The notes beneath the pieces are model-generated. The model made no database searches and was not told the origin of the DNA. It was given only the letters and a program-made list of their open reading frames with translations. 64,000 bases of DNA from an uncultured Gemmatimonadales bacterium (GTDB taxonomy: Bacteria > Gemmatimonadota > Gemmatimonadetes > Longimicrobiales > RSA9). Each line of letters begins with the position of its first letter. Position 1 is the stretch's first letter. The DNA is taken from assembly GCA_963816355.1 (NCBI GenBank), contig CAWFKH010000003.1:192001-256000 (forward strand). The letters run 5' to 3'. A program made the position numbers and the translations under genes. This document shows positions 1 to 9,654 of this stretch, piece after piece.

Positions 1-1
1 T

Positions 2-418
2 CGCGCGAAGGAGATCCTGTCCGACCTCGAGCGCCGCATCGACGACGCCCTCGACGACGTCCGTCCGAAACTGCGTCGCGCACTGGACGAGATGGAGACG
101 CGCGTCGATTCCGCGATGAAGGAGGTGCAGCCGCGCCTCGACGCCGCCGTGAAGGAGGCGCGCCCCCGCGTCGACCGATTCCTCGGCGACGTGCAGCCGC
201 GTCTGGATTCCTTCCTCGAGCGCGTGCAGACCAAGATCGACGCGATCCGACGCGATCTCGAGGAGCGCGCGCGCCGCCGCGACGAGGCCGACGCCACCGG
301 CGAGCCCGCCGCGCTGCCGGCCGCCGCCGCCGCCGCGCGCGACGTGGACGAGCCCCCCGCCGCCGGCGCCGCGGACGAGGACCCGCGCTCCGACACGACC
401 GGCGCGGCCGACGTCTGA
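2..418 (+). CDS. 5'-truncated hypothetical protein with 11-residue amphipathic repeats (apolipoprotein/phasin-like)
   Basis: Frame is open from the window start. Repeats DALDDVRPKLR/RALDEMETRVD/SAMKEVQPRLD/AAVKEARPRVD/RFLGDVQPRLD/SFLERVQTKID. Confidence 0.7.
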   Translation, partial: RAKEILSDLERRIDDALDDVRPKLRRALDEMETRVDSAMKEVQPRLDAAVKEARPRVDRFLGDVQPRLDSFLERVQTKIDAIRRDLEERARRRDEADATGEPAALPAAAAAARDVDEPPAAGAADEDPRSDTTGAADV

Positions 419-534
419 CGCACCTCCGGACGCGGCGCCACCCGGCCCGCGTCCGGAGCTCACCCCGGCGCGCCGTCGCGTGCCGCCCGCCCGCCGGTTA
501 TCATCCGGGTCGAAGCACCGATCCACGAGGCGGC

Positions 535-1131
535 ATGCGGCGAGGACCGAATGCGGAGCGGGACGAAGCGACGCGGGCGACACGATCGCGCCGCGCCCGC
601 TCCCCGCGCTGGCTCACCTGGTCCAACCTCCTCACCACGGCGCGCCTCCTCCTCGCGCCGGTCTTCGTCTTCGCCCCCGGGGACGCCGCCCGCCTCGCCC
701 TCCTCGTCCTCGCCACCGCCACCGAGTGGCTCGACGGATTCCTCGCCCGCCGCACGGGCCGCACCTCACGCGTCGGCGAGATCCTCGACCCGATCGCCGA
801 CCGCGCCTTCGTCCTCACCGCCCTCCTCACCCTCCTCGCGCTCCACCGGCTCACCGCGGTCCAGCTCCTGCTGCTCCTCCTCCGCGATCTCTTCACCGCC
901 GCCGGCGGCGCCGTCGTCCTCCTCGCCCGACTACCCGTTCGGCTGCGCTCCCGCTGGCCCGGAAAGATCGTCACCACCCTGCAGCTCGTCGCCCTCTTCG
1001 TGCTCGTCCTCGCGCCGGCGTGGTTCCCGCCGATCCTCTACCTCGTCGTCCCTCTCGGCGTCCTCGCCGTCGCCGACTACCTCCGCGCCGCCGCCCGCGC
1101 CCGCGAGGCTGCGCGCGCTCTCCCGCCGTGA
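535..1131 (+). CDS. CDP-alcohol phosphatidyltransferase (PgsA-like)
   Basis: SNLLTTARL, then the family motif EWLDGFLARR...SRVGEILDPIADR; multiple TM segments. Confidence 0.9.
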   Translation: MRRGPNAERDEATRATRSRRARSPRWLTWSNLLTTARLLLAPVFVFAPGDAARLALLVLATATEWLDGFLARRTGRTSRVGEILDPIADRAFVLTALLTLLALHRLTAVQLLLLLLRDLFTAAGGAVVLLARLPVRLRSRWPGKIVTTLQLVALFVLVLAPAWFPPILYLVVPLGVLAVADYLRAAARAREAARALPP

Positions 1132-1373
1132 TCCGCGCGCCGGCCGGCCGCCACGCGCACGTCTCCCGCCGCCACGGCCGGCGCGCACGGGCGGGCGCCG
1201 GCTCGGAACTCGCGTCCACCGGCGAGGTGCGGGCGTCGGTCGCACCGCGGCCGGGTGGCGTGGTGTACACACCTTTTCGGGCGCACGGCGCTTTTTTACT
1301 GTACACTGCGCCGTGGTCGCCCCTCGTGATGCAGCGAAGCGCACCCGGATCGTGCGCGGCGTTGCCGCGAGCA

Positions 1374-1402
1374 TTGACGGCGCGTGGACGCCGCGCTAGC
1401 TT
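1374..1402 (+). promoter_or_regulatory. Putative sigma70 promoter of glutamine synthetase III
   Basis: TTGACG (1374-1379), 17-nt spacer, TAGCTT (1397-1402), about 100 nt upstream of the ATG. Confidence 0.55.
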
Positions 1403-1498
1403 GGTCCGTCCGACGACGCAACACCGCGTCGGCCGGGCGCACGGCGGCACGACCGGGAGCGGCGAGCCGTCCCCACCTGAGCCCGGGACCAGAGACCG

Positions 1499-3712
1499 AT
1501 GCGCGTTCGCACCACCCGATTCGATGCGCTCACGGCGGCGAAGAGCTGGCCGGCGGCGTCCGGGAGTCCGGAAGCCGGAGCGAAGCCTCACGACGGCAAC
1601 GGCAGGGCGCCGATGGACATCGAGAAAATCTTCGGCGAGAACACGTTCTCGCTGGCGGAGATGCAGGCACGGCTGCCGAAGCAGGCGTTCCAGGCGCTGC
1701 AGTCGACGATCGAGGGGGGGACGGAGCTGGACGCGAGCGTGGCGGATGCGGTGGCGCTGGCGATGAAGGAGTGGGCGACGGAGCGGGGCGCGACGCACTT
1801 CACGCACTGGTTCCAGCCGCTGACGGGGCTGACGGCGGAGAAGCACGACTCGTTCATCACGCCGAACGTGGGGGGCGGGGCGACGGCGTCGTTCAGCGGC
1901 AAGGACCTGATCCAGGGTGAGCCGGATGCGTCTTCGTTCCCGTCGGGGGGGCTGCGCGCGACGTTCGAAGCGCGCGGCTACACGGCGTGGGATCCGACGT
2001 CGCCGGCGTTCATCGTGGACAGCCCGTCGGGGCCGTACCTGGCGATTCCGACGGCGTTCGCGTCGTGGACGGGGGACGCGCTGGACCAGAAGACGCCGCT
2101 GCTGCGCTCGATGCACGCGCTGGACCGGGAGGCTCGGCGGGCGCTGAAGCTGTTCGGTCACGCGGACGAGCCGGTGGTGGCTACGCTGGGTCCGGAGCAG
2201 GAGTATTTCCTGATCGACCAGGAGTTCTACTACCGGCGTTCGGACCTGGTGACGACGGGGCGCACGTTGTTCGGCGCGAAGCCGCCGCGGGGCCAGGAGC
2301 TGGAGGACCACTACTTCGGCTCGATCCCGGAGCGCGTGCTGGCGTTCATGATGGAGGTGGAGCGGGAGCTCTACAAGCTGGGCGTGCCGGTGAAGACGCG
2401 GCACAACGAGGTCGCGCCGGGGCAGTACGAGATGGCGCCGATCTACGAGAACGCGAACGTCGCGGCGGACCATCAGCAGCTGATGATGCTGGTGCTGCGC
2501 AAGACGGCGCCGAAGTACGGTCTGGTCGCGCTGCTGCACGAGAAGCCGTTCGCGGGCGTGAACGGCAGCGGCAAGCACCTGAACTGGTCGTTCGGCACCG
2601 GGACGCAGAACCTGCTGGAGCCGGGCGACGACCCGCACGACAACCTGCAGTTCCTCTTCTTCTGCACGGCGGTGCTGCGGGCGGTCGAGCGTCACCAGGA
2701 CTTGGTGCGGGCGAGCGTCGCCTACGCCGGCAACGATCACCGGCTCGGCGCGAACGAGGCGCCGCCGGCGATTATCTCGGCGTTCGTCGGGGAGCAGCTC
2801 GAGGACATCTTCGCGCAGATCGAGGAGAGCGGCTCGGCGAAGGCGAGCAAGCAGGGCGGCCTTCTCGGCCTCGGCTCGCCGGTGCTGCCGAAGCTGCCCG
2901 CGCACGCGGGGGACCGCAACCGCACCTCGCCCTTCGCCTTCACGGGGAACAAGTTCGAGTTCCGCGCGCTGGGCGCGTCGCAGTCGATCTCGTTCCCGGC
3001 GATCGTGCTGAACACGATCGTGGCGGAATCGATCGACGAGCTGGCGGGCGAGCTCGAGGCGGCGATGGAGGCGGGCGCCGGCCTGGAGGACGCGATGCGC
3101 TCGCTGCTCGCGCGCGAGATCCCGCGCATCAAGCGCATCATCTTCAACGGCGACAACTACACCGAGGAGTGGCAGCGGGAGGCGGAGCGCCGCGGCCTGC
3201 TCAACCTGCGCAACTCGCTGGACGCGATCGGCCTGCTCACGGCCGACAAGAACGTGTCCCTCTTCGAGCGCTACAAGGTGCTCACGCGGCGCGAGATGGA
3301 GTCGCGCGAGGAGATCGCCGTCGACCAGTACTTCAAGACGATCAACATCGAGGGCGAGACGACCGCCGACATCGCGCGCACGACGGTGCTCCCCGCCGCG
3401 ATCCGGTACATGAACGACCTCCTCGCCGCCGCCGACCGCGCGCGCGGCGTGGGCGTGGGCGCGCAGGGGATCTCCAGGACCGTCAGCGAGCTGAACGGCC
3501 TGATCGACGATCTGCGCGCCGCCCTGGAGCGGCTCATCGAGCAGAACGCCGAGCTGGGCGGCGACGACGTGCACTCCAAGGCGCACCACATGCGCGACCA
3601 CATCGTGCCCGCGATGCAGGAAGTGCGCAGCGCCGCCGATGCGCTCGAGAAGGTGGTCCCCGACGACCTGTGGCCGCTGCCGCGCTACCGGGAGATGCTG
3701 TTCGTGAAGTAG
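1499..3712 (+). CDS. glnA: Glutamine synthetase type III
   Basis: GSIII motifs [75 protein letters not shown]. Confidence 0.96.
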   Translation: MRVRTTRFDALTAAKSWPAASGSPEAGAKPHDGNGRAPMDIEKIFGENTFSLAEMQARLPKQAFQALQSTIEGGTELDASVADAVALAMKEWATERGATHFTHWFQPLTGLTAEKHDSFITPNVGGGATASFSGKDLIQGEPDASSFPSGGLRATFEARGYTAWDPTSPAFIVDSPSGPYLAIPTAFASWTGDALDQKTPLLRSMHALDREARRALKLFGHADEPVVATLGPEQEYFLIDQEFYYRRSDLVTTGRTLFGAKPPRGQELEDHYFGSIPERVLAFMMEVERELYKLGVPVKTRHNEVAPGQYEMAPIYENANVAADHQQLMMLVLRKTAPKYGLVALLHEKPFAGVNGSGKHLNWSFGTGTQNLLEPGDDPHDNLQFLFFCTAVLRAVERHQDLVRASVAYAGNDHRLGANEAPPAIISAFVGEQLEDIFAQIEESGSAKASKQGGLLGLGSPVLPKLPAHAGDRNRTSPFAFTGNKFEFRALGASQSISFPAIVLNTIVAESIDELAGELEAAMEAGAGLEDAMRSLLAREIPRIKRIIFNGDNYTEEWQREAERRGLLNLRNSLDAIGLLTADKNVSLFERYKVLTRREMESREEIAVDQYFKTINIEGETTADIARTTVLPAAIRYMNDLLAAADRARGVGVGAQGISRTVSELNGLIDDLRAALERLIEQNAELGGDDVHSKAHHMRDHIVPAMQEVRSAADALEKVVPDDLWPLPRYREMLFVK

Positions 3713-3731
3713 AGGGGCGGGAACGCCGTCC

Positions 3732-4955
3732 GTGCGCCACTCCTTCCCGAAGTCGCGCATCCGGGTCCTGCTGCTCGAGAACATCCACGCGTCGGGCGTG
3801 CGGGCGTTCGAGGCGGAGACGTTCCGCGTCGAGGCGTTGGCGGGCGCGCTCGATCCCGCCGCGCTGGCGGAGCGCATCGCAGGCGTGCACGTGCTCGGCA
3901 TCCGGTCGAAGACGCGCGTAACGCGCGACGTGCTGGAGGCGGGCACGCGGCTGCTCAGCGTGGGCGCCTTCTGCATCGGCACGAACCAGATCGACCTGGA
4001 TGCGGCGGCGGACGCGGGCGTGCCGGTCTTCAACGCGCCGTTCTCGAACACGCGCTCCGTGGCGGAGCTGGTCGTGAGCCACTGCATCGCGCTGGTGCGC
4101 GGCGTGCCGGAGAAGAGCCGCGCGGCGCACGAGGGGCGGTGGCTGAAGTCGGCGGAGTCGAGCCACGAGGTGCGCGGCAAGACGCTCGGCATCGTCGGCT
4201 ACGGGCACATCGGCTCGCAGGTGTCGGTGCTCGCCGAAGCGCTGGGCATGCGCGTCGTCTACCATGACATCGTGGACCGGCTCGCGCTCGGCAACGCGGC
4301 GCCGCTGCCGACGCTGGACGCGCTGCTGGAGGCCGCCGACGTCGTCACGCTGCACGTGCCCGGCACCCCCGCCACGCGGGGCATGATCGACGCCGAGGCG
4401 CTCTCGCGGATGCGCGACGGGGCGTACCTGATCAACTGCGCGCGGGGCGACGTCGTCGACGTCGAAGCCCTCGCGGAGTCGCTGCGCTCCGGCCGCCTCG
4501 GCGGCGCCGCCGTGGACGTCTTTCCGCGCGAGCCGCGCGGGGCGGAGGAGCGATTCGAGTCGCCGTTGCAGGGGCTGCCCAACGTGGTCCTGACGCCCCA
4601 CATCGGCGGCTCGACGATCGAGGCGCAGGAGGCGATCGGGCGCGAGGTGTCGCAGAAGCTGATCAAGTTCGTGAACAACGGCTCGACGACGTCGGCGGTG
4701 AACGTCCCGGAGGTGGAGCTGCCGATCCACGCGGGGATGCACCGCATCCTGCACTTCCACCGCAACGTGCCGGGCGTGTTGCAGCGTGTGAACGCGCTCT
4801 TTGGCGAGCACGGCGTGAACGTGCTCGGGCAGTACCTGATGACGGACGCGCGGCTCGGTTACCTCGTCATGGACGTCTCGGCCGAGGTGGACCGTGGCAT
4901 GCTCGACGCGTTGAACCGCATCCCGAGTACCGTGCGCTCGCGCATCCTCTACTGA
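3732..4955 (+). CDS. serA: D-3-phosphoglycerate dehydrogenase with C-terminal ACT domain
   Basis: [50 protein letters not shown]. Confidence 0.95.
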   Translation: MRHSFPKSRIRVLLLENIHASGVRAFEAETFRVEALAGALDPAALAERIAGVHVLGIRSKTRVTRDVLEAGTRLLSVGAFCIGTNQIDLDAAADAGVPVFNAPFSNTRSVAELVVSHCIALVRGVPEKSRAAHEGRWLKSAESSHEVRGKTLGIVGYGHIGSQVSVLAEALGMRVVYHDIVDRLALGNAAPLPTLDALLEAADVVTLHVPGTPATRGMIDAEALSRMRDGAYLINCARGDVVDVEALAESLRSGRLGGAAVDVFPREPRGAEERFESPLQGLPNVVLTPHIGGSTIEAQEAIGREVSQKLIKFVNNGSTTSAVNVPEVELPIHAGMHRILHFHRNVPGVLQRVNALFGEHGVNVLGQYLMTDARLGYLVMDVSAEVDRGMLDALNRIPSTVRSRILY

Positions 4956-5017
4956 TGCCGCACCGGCGGCGGCCGCTCGAGCGCACGCCGCCGCCGCGAC
5001 TTCCACGGGAGGACCCA

Positions 5018-5227
5018 TTGGCAGACCACGTCTACAAGCACATCGAGCTCACCGGCTCCTCCGCGGAGGGGATCGAGCCCGCCATCCGCAACGCGATCCA
5101 TCGCGCCGGCGACACCGTGCGCAACATGCGCTGGTTCGAGGTCGTCGACGTGCGCGGCCACGTCGAGTCGAAGGACGTCGTGCACTGGCAGGTCACGATC
5201 AAGGTGGGCTTCACCCTGGACGGCTGA
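5018..5227 (+). CDS. Dodecin (flavin-binding)
   Basis: TTG start after [20 protein letters not shown]...RWFEV...[11 protein letters not shown]. Confidence 0.92.
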   Translation: MADHVYKHIELTGSSAEGIEPAIRNAIHRAGDTVRNMRWFEVVDVRGHVESKDVVHWQVTIKVGFTLDG

Positions 5228-5297
5228 GCCGCCGTCGGCCGCTCGAGCGGGCGGCGGCGCGGAGCCGCGGCCGCGGGCAGCCGGCGGGGCATGCTCA

Positions 5298-5816
5298 TTG
5301 CACGGCGCGCCGCTGATGACGACGCGCGCAGCAGTGAACGCGGTGGGCGGAACGGCCGCCCGCATCGGGGGGCTGACCTCGCTGTGGCTCCTCCTCGCCG
5401 CTCGCTTTGCCGCGGCCGAGGTCCTGGCCGGGGCCGCGGCGGCCGGCGCGGCTCTCGCGCTGACGGCGGCCGTCCGGGATGGTGATGCGCCGCGACGCGG
5501 TCCCGGGCGCGTGGCGCTCGGCGCGCTGGCGCGCCTGCCCTGGCGCACCCTGCGGGAGTCCGCCGCCGTCTTCCGCTTCGCGTGGCGGCGCGGCGTGCGC
5601 GGCCGCCGACTGCACGGCGGCTACCGCTCCGTCCCGTTCGACGACGGCGGTGCGGCGCCCGGCGCACCCGCCCGGCGCGTGCTCGGCACGCTCCTCGGCT
5701 CCTTCGCGCCGAACGGCTACGTGGTGGCTGCGGAGGGCGGCACGCGGCGCGCGCTGCTGCACCGCCTGGTGGGCGGGAGGCGACGCGCGCGTCCCGGCGA
5801 GGAATGGCCGCTGTGA
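5298..5816 (+). CDS. Divergent Mrp/Mnh subunit E-like protein (MbhA position)
   Basis: N-terminal TM pair, GSFAPNGYVV (cf. the TPG motif) and LLHRL; first gene of a coupled mrp-like operon. Confidence 0.6.
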   Translation: MHGAPLMTTRAAVNAVGGTAARIGGLTSLWLLLAARFAAAEVLAGAAAAGAALALTAAVRDGDAPRRGPGRVALGALARLPWRTLRESAAVFRFAWRRGVRGRRLHGGYRSVPFDDGGAAPGAPARRVLGTLLGSFAPNGYVVAAEGGTRRALLHRLVGGRRRARPGEEWPL

Positions 5817-6064
5817 CTCTCTGGATGGTGGTCGCGGCGGTGCTCACGGCCGCGCTCCTGCCGTGCGGCGTGGCGGTCGCGCGCGGCGGACTCGGCGCTC
5901 GCGTCGTCGCGCTGCAGCTCGCGGGCCTCGTCACGACGCTGGACCTCCTCGCGCTCGCCGAGGCGCTGGGACGCGCCGCCCTCTTCGACCTTCCGCTCAC
6001 GCTCGCGCTGCTCTCCTGGCCGAGCGGCCTCCTCTACGCCCACTTCTGCGCGCGGAGCCGCTGA
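5813..6064 (+). CDS. Mrp subunit F-like
   Basis: GTGA overlap with the previous gene; RVVALQL, FDLPLTLALLS; three TM segments. Confidence 0.8.
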   Translation: MTLWMVVAAVLTAALLPCGVAVARGGLGARVVALQLAGLVTTLDLLALAEALGRAALFDLPLTLALLSWPSGLLYAHFCARSR

Positions 6065-6382
6065 GTGTCCGGCACCGTCGGCGCGCTCCTCGCCCTGGCC
6101 GGCGCGGCCGTCGTGCTGGTGTCCTCGCTCGCGTTGCTCGCAACGCGCTCGGGCGCGGATCGGCTTCATTTCGTCTCTGTCGCCGGGACGCTCGGCGTCG
6201 CGCTGATCGTCGCCGGCGTGGTCGTGGCGGAGGGCGCGTCGAGCGGCAGTGCGAAGGCGATGCTCGTCGCGCTCGTTCTGTTCGGGACGAACCCGCTCGT
6301 GACCCACGCGACGGGGCGGGCGCTGCGGATCCGGCGCGACGGATCTCTGCGCGCGCGCCGCACGGAGCGGCGGAACCCGTGA
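6065..6382 (+). CDS. Mrp subunit G-like
   Basis: DRLHFVS...TLG and TNPLVTHATGRA motifs. Confidence 0.85.
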   Translation: MSGTVGALLALAGAAVVLVSSLALLATRSGADRLHFVSVAGTLGVALIVAGVVVAEGASSGSAKAMLVALVLFGTNPLVTHATGRALRIRRDGSLRARRTERRNP

Positions 6383-6618
6383 CGGCCGTGCTGCAGACGC
6401 TCGCGCTGCTCCTCGTGGGCGTGGCGGGGACGTGCGTGGTCCTCACGCGGGACGCATGGCGCGGGGTGGTCGTGCTCGGCTTCTTCGGCCTGACGCTCGT
6501 CCTGCTGTTCGCCCTGCTCGCTGCGCCCGACGTGGCGCTCTCGCAGCTCGCGGTCGGCGTCGTCTTCGTGCCGGTGGTGCTGTTCTCCGCGCTCCGGCGG
6601 ATTCGCGACGAGCCGTGA
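6379..6618 (+). CDS. DUF4040 / MbhD-like small subunit
   Basis: LAAPDVALSQLAVG motif; GTGA overlap. Confidence 0.85.
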   Translation: MTAVLQTLALLLVGVAGTCVVLTRDAWRGVVVLGFFGLTLVLLFALLAAPDVALSQLAVGVVFVPVVLFSALRRIRDEP

Positions 6619-7346
6619 GCCGGCGCTGGCGCACCGGTGTCTTCCTCGCCGCGGAGGCGGGGCTGGGTGCGCTGCTGGCGTGGGGTTTCGCCGGCCTGCC
6701 GAAGTTCGGCGCCGTACGCCCCTCGTACGGCGAGCTCCTCGCGCGGGTGACGGTGTCGCAGACGCACGCGACGAACGTGGTCACGGCGATCCTCTACGAC
6801 TACCGCGCCCTGGACACGCTCGGCGAGGAGTTCATCCTGGTCGCGGCGGTGGTGGGTGTGGCGGCGCTGCTGCGCAAGCTGCCGCGGCCGCAGCCGCGGC
6901 GGCGCGGCCGGCTCGAAGAGGTGGGCAGCGAGGCGATCCGGCTGGCGGAGCCGCGCGTGCTCGCGGCGACGGCGGTCTTCGCGGCCTACCTCTCGCTGCA
7001 CGCGCACCTGACGCCGGGCGGCGGCTTCCAGGCGGGCGCGATGATCGCCGCGGTGATCGTCGGCGTCTACCTGGCGTTCGGCTACGCGCGCGTCGCGCGG
7101 GTGGCGCCGAAGGAGCGCGTCGACGCGCTGGAGGCGATCGGCGCGTTCGGCTTCGCCACCATTGGCCTCGGCGCGCTCCTGGCGGGTGGCGCCTTCCTTG
7201 CCAACGTGCTGCCGCGCGGGGACGCGGGAACGCTGCTCTCCTCCGGCACGATCGCGGCGATCAACTTCGCGGTGTGGGCCGCGGTCTCGGGAGGCGTCGG
7301 CATGCTCGTCATCGAGTTCCTCGAGGAGGAGCCTCAGGAGGGGTGA
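6615..7346 (+). CDS. Mrp subunit B (MbhE+MbhF-like fusion)
   Basis: TNVVTAILYDYRALDTLGEE and HAHLTPGGGFQAG motifs. Confidence 0.88.
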   Translation: MSRRWRTGVFLAAEAGLGALLAWGFAGLPKFGAVRPSYGELLARVTVSQTHATNVVTAILYDYRALDTLGEEFILVAAVVGVAALLRKLPRPQPRRRGRLEEVGSEAIRLAEPRVLAATAVFAAYLSLHAHLTPGGGFQAGAMIAAVIVGVYLAFGYARVARVAPKERVDALEAIGAFGFATIGLGALLAGGAFLANVLPRGDAGTLLSSGTIAAINFAVWAAVSGGVGMLVIEFLEEEPQEG

Positions 7347-7690
7347 GCGTGCTCCCCTACGCGGTCGCGCTGTGGCTCTTCCTGGTCGGGCTCTATGGCG
7401 TCGCGACGAGCCGCCACCTGATCCACCTCGCCATCTGCCTTTCCGTCGTGCAATCCTCGACGTACGTCCTGCTGCTCGCCGTCGGCTATCGCGCGGGGGG
7501 CGCGGCGCCGTACTTCGCGGAGCCCGCGCCCGGCGCGGCGGCCGTGGTGGACCCGGTCGTGCAGGCGCTGGTGCTGACCGACATCGTGGTGGGCGCCACG
7601 GTCACCGCGCTGCTCGTCGCGCTCTCGCTCGAGCTGCACCACCGGACCGGCCGGATCGACCCGGAGTCGCTGGCCGATGCTCGTCGCTGA
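7343..7690 (+). CDS. Mrp subunit C
   Basis: [23 protein letters not shown]. Confidence 0.9.
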   Translation: MSVLPYAVALWLFLVGLYGVATSRHLIHLAICLSVVQSSTYVLLLAVGYRAGGAAPYFAEPAPGAAAVVDPVVQALVLTDIVVGATVTALLVALSLELHHRTGRIDPESLADARR

Positions 7691-9581
7691 GCCGCACGAC
7701 GCGCCGCACGCGCTCTCCCTGCTGGCCACGCTGCCGATCGCGCTGCCGCTCGCGGGCGCGGCGGCGGTGATCCCGCTGGGAGACCGGCTGCCGCGCCTGG
7801 TTCGGGACGCGTGGAGCGTCCTCCTCGCGGGGGTTACGGCGGTGTTGCTGGCGCTGCTGCTCACGCGCGTCGTCGCGGCGCCCGCCGTCGTGTGGGTGGG
7901 CGGACGCGCTCTCCTCGACGGCGTGCCGCTCGGCATCGCGCTCTACCTCGACCCGATCGGCGTGGGACTCGCGCTCCTCGCGGCGCTCCTCACGACCGCC
8001 ACGTTCGTCTTCTCCTGGCGCTATTTCGACGCGGCCGGAGCGCTCTTCCACGCCCTCGTGCTCGTCTTCCTCGCCGGCATGGTCGGCTTCTGCCTCACGG
8101 GCGACCTGTTCAACCTCTTCGTCTTCCTCGAGCTGATGAGCGTGCCCGCCTACGCGCTCACGGCGTACAAGATCGAGGAGCCCGGGTTGATGGGCGCCGT
8201 CAATTTCGCGGTCACCAACAGCATCGGCGCCTTCCTCATCCTGGCCGGGACCGCGCTGCTCTACGGCAGGACCGGCGCGCTCGATTTCGCCGCGATCGGC
8301 CGCGCGCTGGCCGGCTCTCCGCCGGACGGCCTCACGACCGTCGCGACGGCGCTCCTCCTCGTCGGCCTCTTCGTCAAGGCGGACATCGCGCCGTTCCACT
8401 TCTGGCTCGCCGACGCGCACGCCGTGGCGCCGACCCCCGTCTGCGTCCTCTTCTCCGGCGTCATGGTCGAGGTCGGGCTCTACGGCGCCGCGCGCCTGCT
8501 GTGGACCGTCTTCGCGTGGCCGCTCGCCGGCCACGCCGGCGCGGTCTCTGCCATCCTCCTCGGCGCCGGCGCGCTCACCGCCGTGGTGGGCGCGACGATG
8601 GCCTACGCCCAGCGCAACCTGAAGCGGCTGCTCGCCTTCTCCACGGTCGGACACAGCGGCCTGTTCCTCGTCGGCATCGCGCTGCTGCGAAGCGACGCGC
8701 TCGCCGGCGTCACCCTCTACGCGCTCGGCCACGGCTTCGCCAAGGGCGCCCTCTTCGTCGTCGCCGGCGTGCTGCTCAACCGCTTCGGCACGGTCGACGA
8801 GATCGATCTGCGCGGGCGCGGCGGCGAAACGCCGGCGCTCGGCCTGCTGCTCGCGCTCGGCGGCCTCGCGCTGGCCGGTGCGCCGCTCTTCGCGACCGAG
8901 GCGGGCAAGCGCCTGATCGAGGAGTCGGCGGCGGCCGCCGGCGCGTGGTGGGTGCCGTGGCTGGCGCTTTACGTTGGCGTCCTCACGGGCGGCGCCGTGC
9001 TCCGCGCCGGCGGCCGCATCTTCATCGGCATGGGCGACACCGCCGGCGAGGAACGCGGCGGCACGAAGGAGTCGGCGCGGGAGGGAGAGACGCGCGGCGC
9101 GCGCGGCCGCGCGCCGCTGGTGATGATCGCGCCCGCCGTCGCGCTGATGGCGGCGTGCGTCGCGCTCGCCTTCGTCCCCGGCCTGGAGGGCCGCGTCCGC
9201 GCGCAGGCGGCCGGATTCGGCGACGCCGCCGGCTACGTGAAGCGCGTGCTCGGAGAGGCGCCGCCCACGACCGCGCCGCGCCTGCGCATCGCCACGCCGC
9301 CCGCCCCGCGCGACGGCACGGCGACCTCGGCGCGCCTCGCGCTGCGGGCGCGGTCGGCGCCGTTCACGGCGGCGGCGGTCGCCGGCGCGATGCTGCTGGC
9401 GCTTCTCGCGCTGCGGGCCGAACGGCTGCCGCGCCCCGCGCGTGCGCTCGCCGCCGCCGTCGCGGGGCCGTTCATGCACGCCATCGAGCGCGCGCACACG
9501 GGCCGCCTCGCCGACTACGTCACCTGGCTCACCGCCGGCGCGTGCGTCGTGGGCGCGCTCTTCGCCGCGTTCATCCGATGA
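7677..9581 (+). CDS. MrpD/MbhH-like antiporter-like subunit (complex I subunit 5 family)
   Basis: [51 protein letters not shown]. Confidence 0.92.
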   Translation: MLVAEPHDAPHALSLLATLPIALPLAGAAAVIPLGDRLPRLVRDAWSVLLAGVTAVLLALLLTRVVAAPAVVWVGGRALLDGVPLGIALYLDPIGVGLALLAALLTTATFVFSWRYFDAAGALFHALVLVFLAGMVGFCLTGDLFNLFVFLELMSVPAYALTAYKIEEPGLMGAVNFAVTNSIGAFLILAGTALLYGRTGALDFAAIGRALAGSPPDGLTTVATALLLVGLFVKADIAPFHFWLADAHAVAPTPVCVLFSGVMVEVGLYGAARLLWTVFAWPLAGHAGAVSAILLGAGALTAVVGATMAYAQRNLKRLLAFSTVGHSGLFLVGIALLRSDALAGVTLYALGHGFAKGALFVVAGVLLNRFGTVDEIDLRGRGGETPALGLLLALGGLALAGAPLFATEAGKRLIEESAAAAGAWWVPWLALYVGVLTGGAVLRAGGRIFIGMGDTAGEERGGTKESAREGETRGARGRAPLVMIAPAVALMAACVALAFVPGLEGRVRAQAAGFGDAAGYVKRVLGEAPPTTAPRLRIATPPAPRDGTATSARLALRARSAPFTAAAVAGAMLLALLALRAERLPRPARALAAAVAGPFMHAIERAHTGRLADYVTWLTAGACVVGALFAAFIR

Positions 9582-9654
9582 CGGCACCGCCGCCGGCGGT
9601 GCGGACGGCGCCGTGGAAGGCGCGCGCGCGCCGCGTCTGCGCGCCGCGCTCCCG

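Noticed and set aside
5298..9581. Membrane-bound hydrogenase or complex I operon
   Set aside because: No NiFe large/small subunit, NuoH-like or Fe-S subunit genes nearby.
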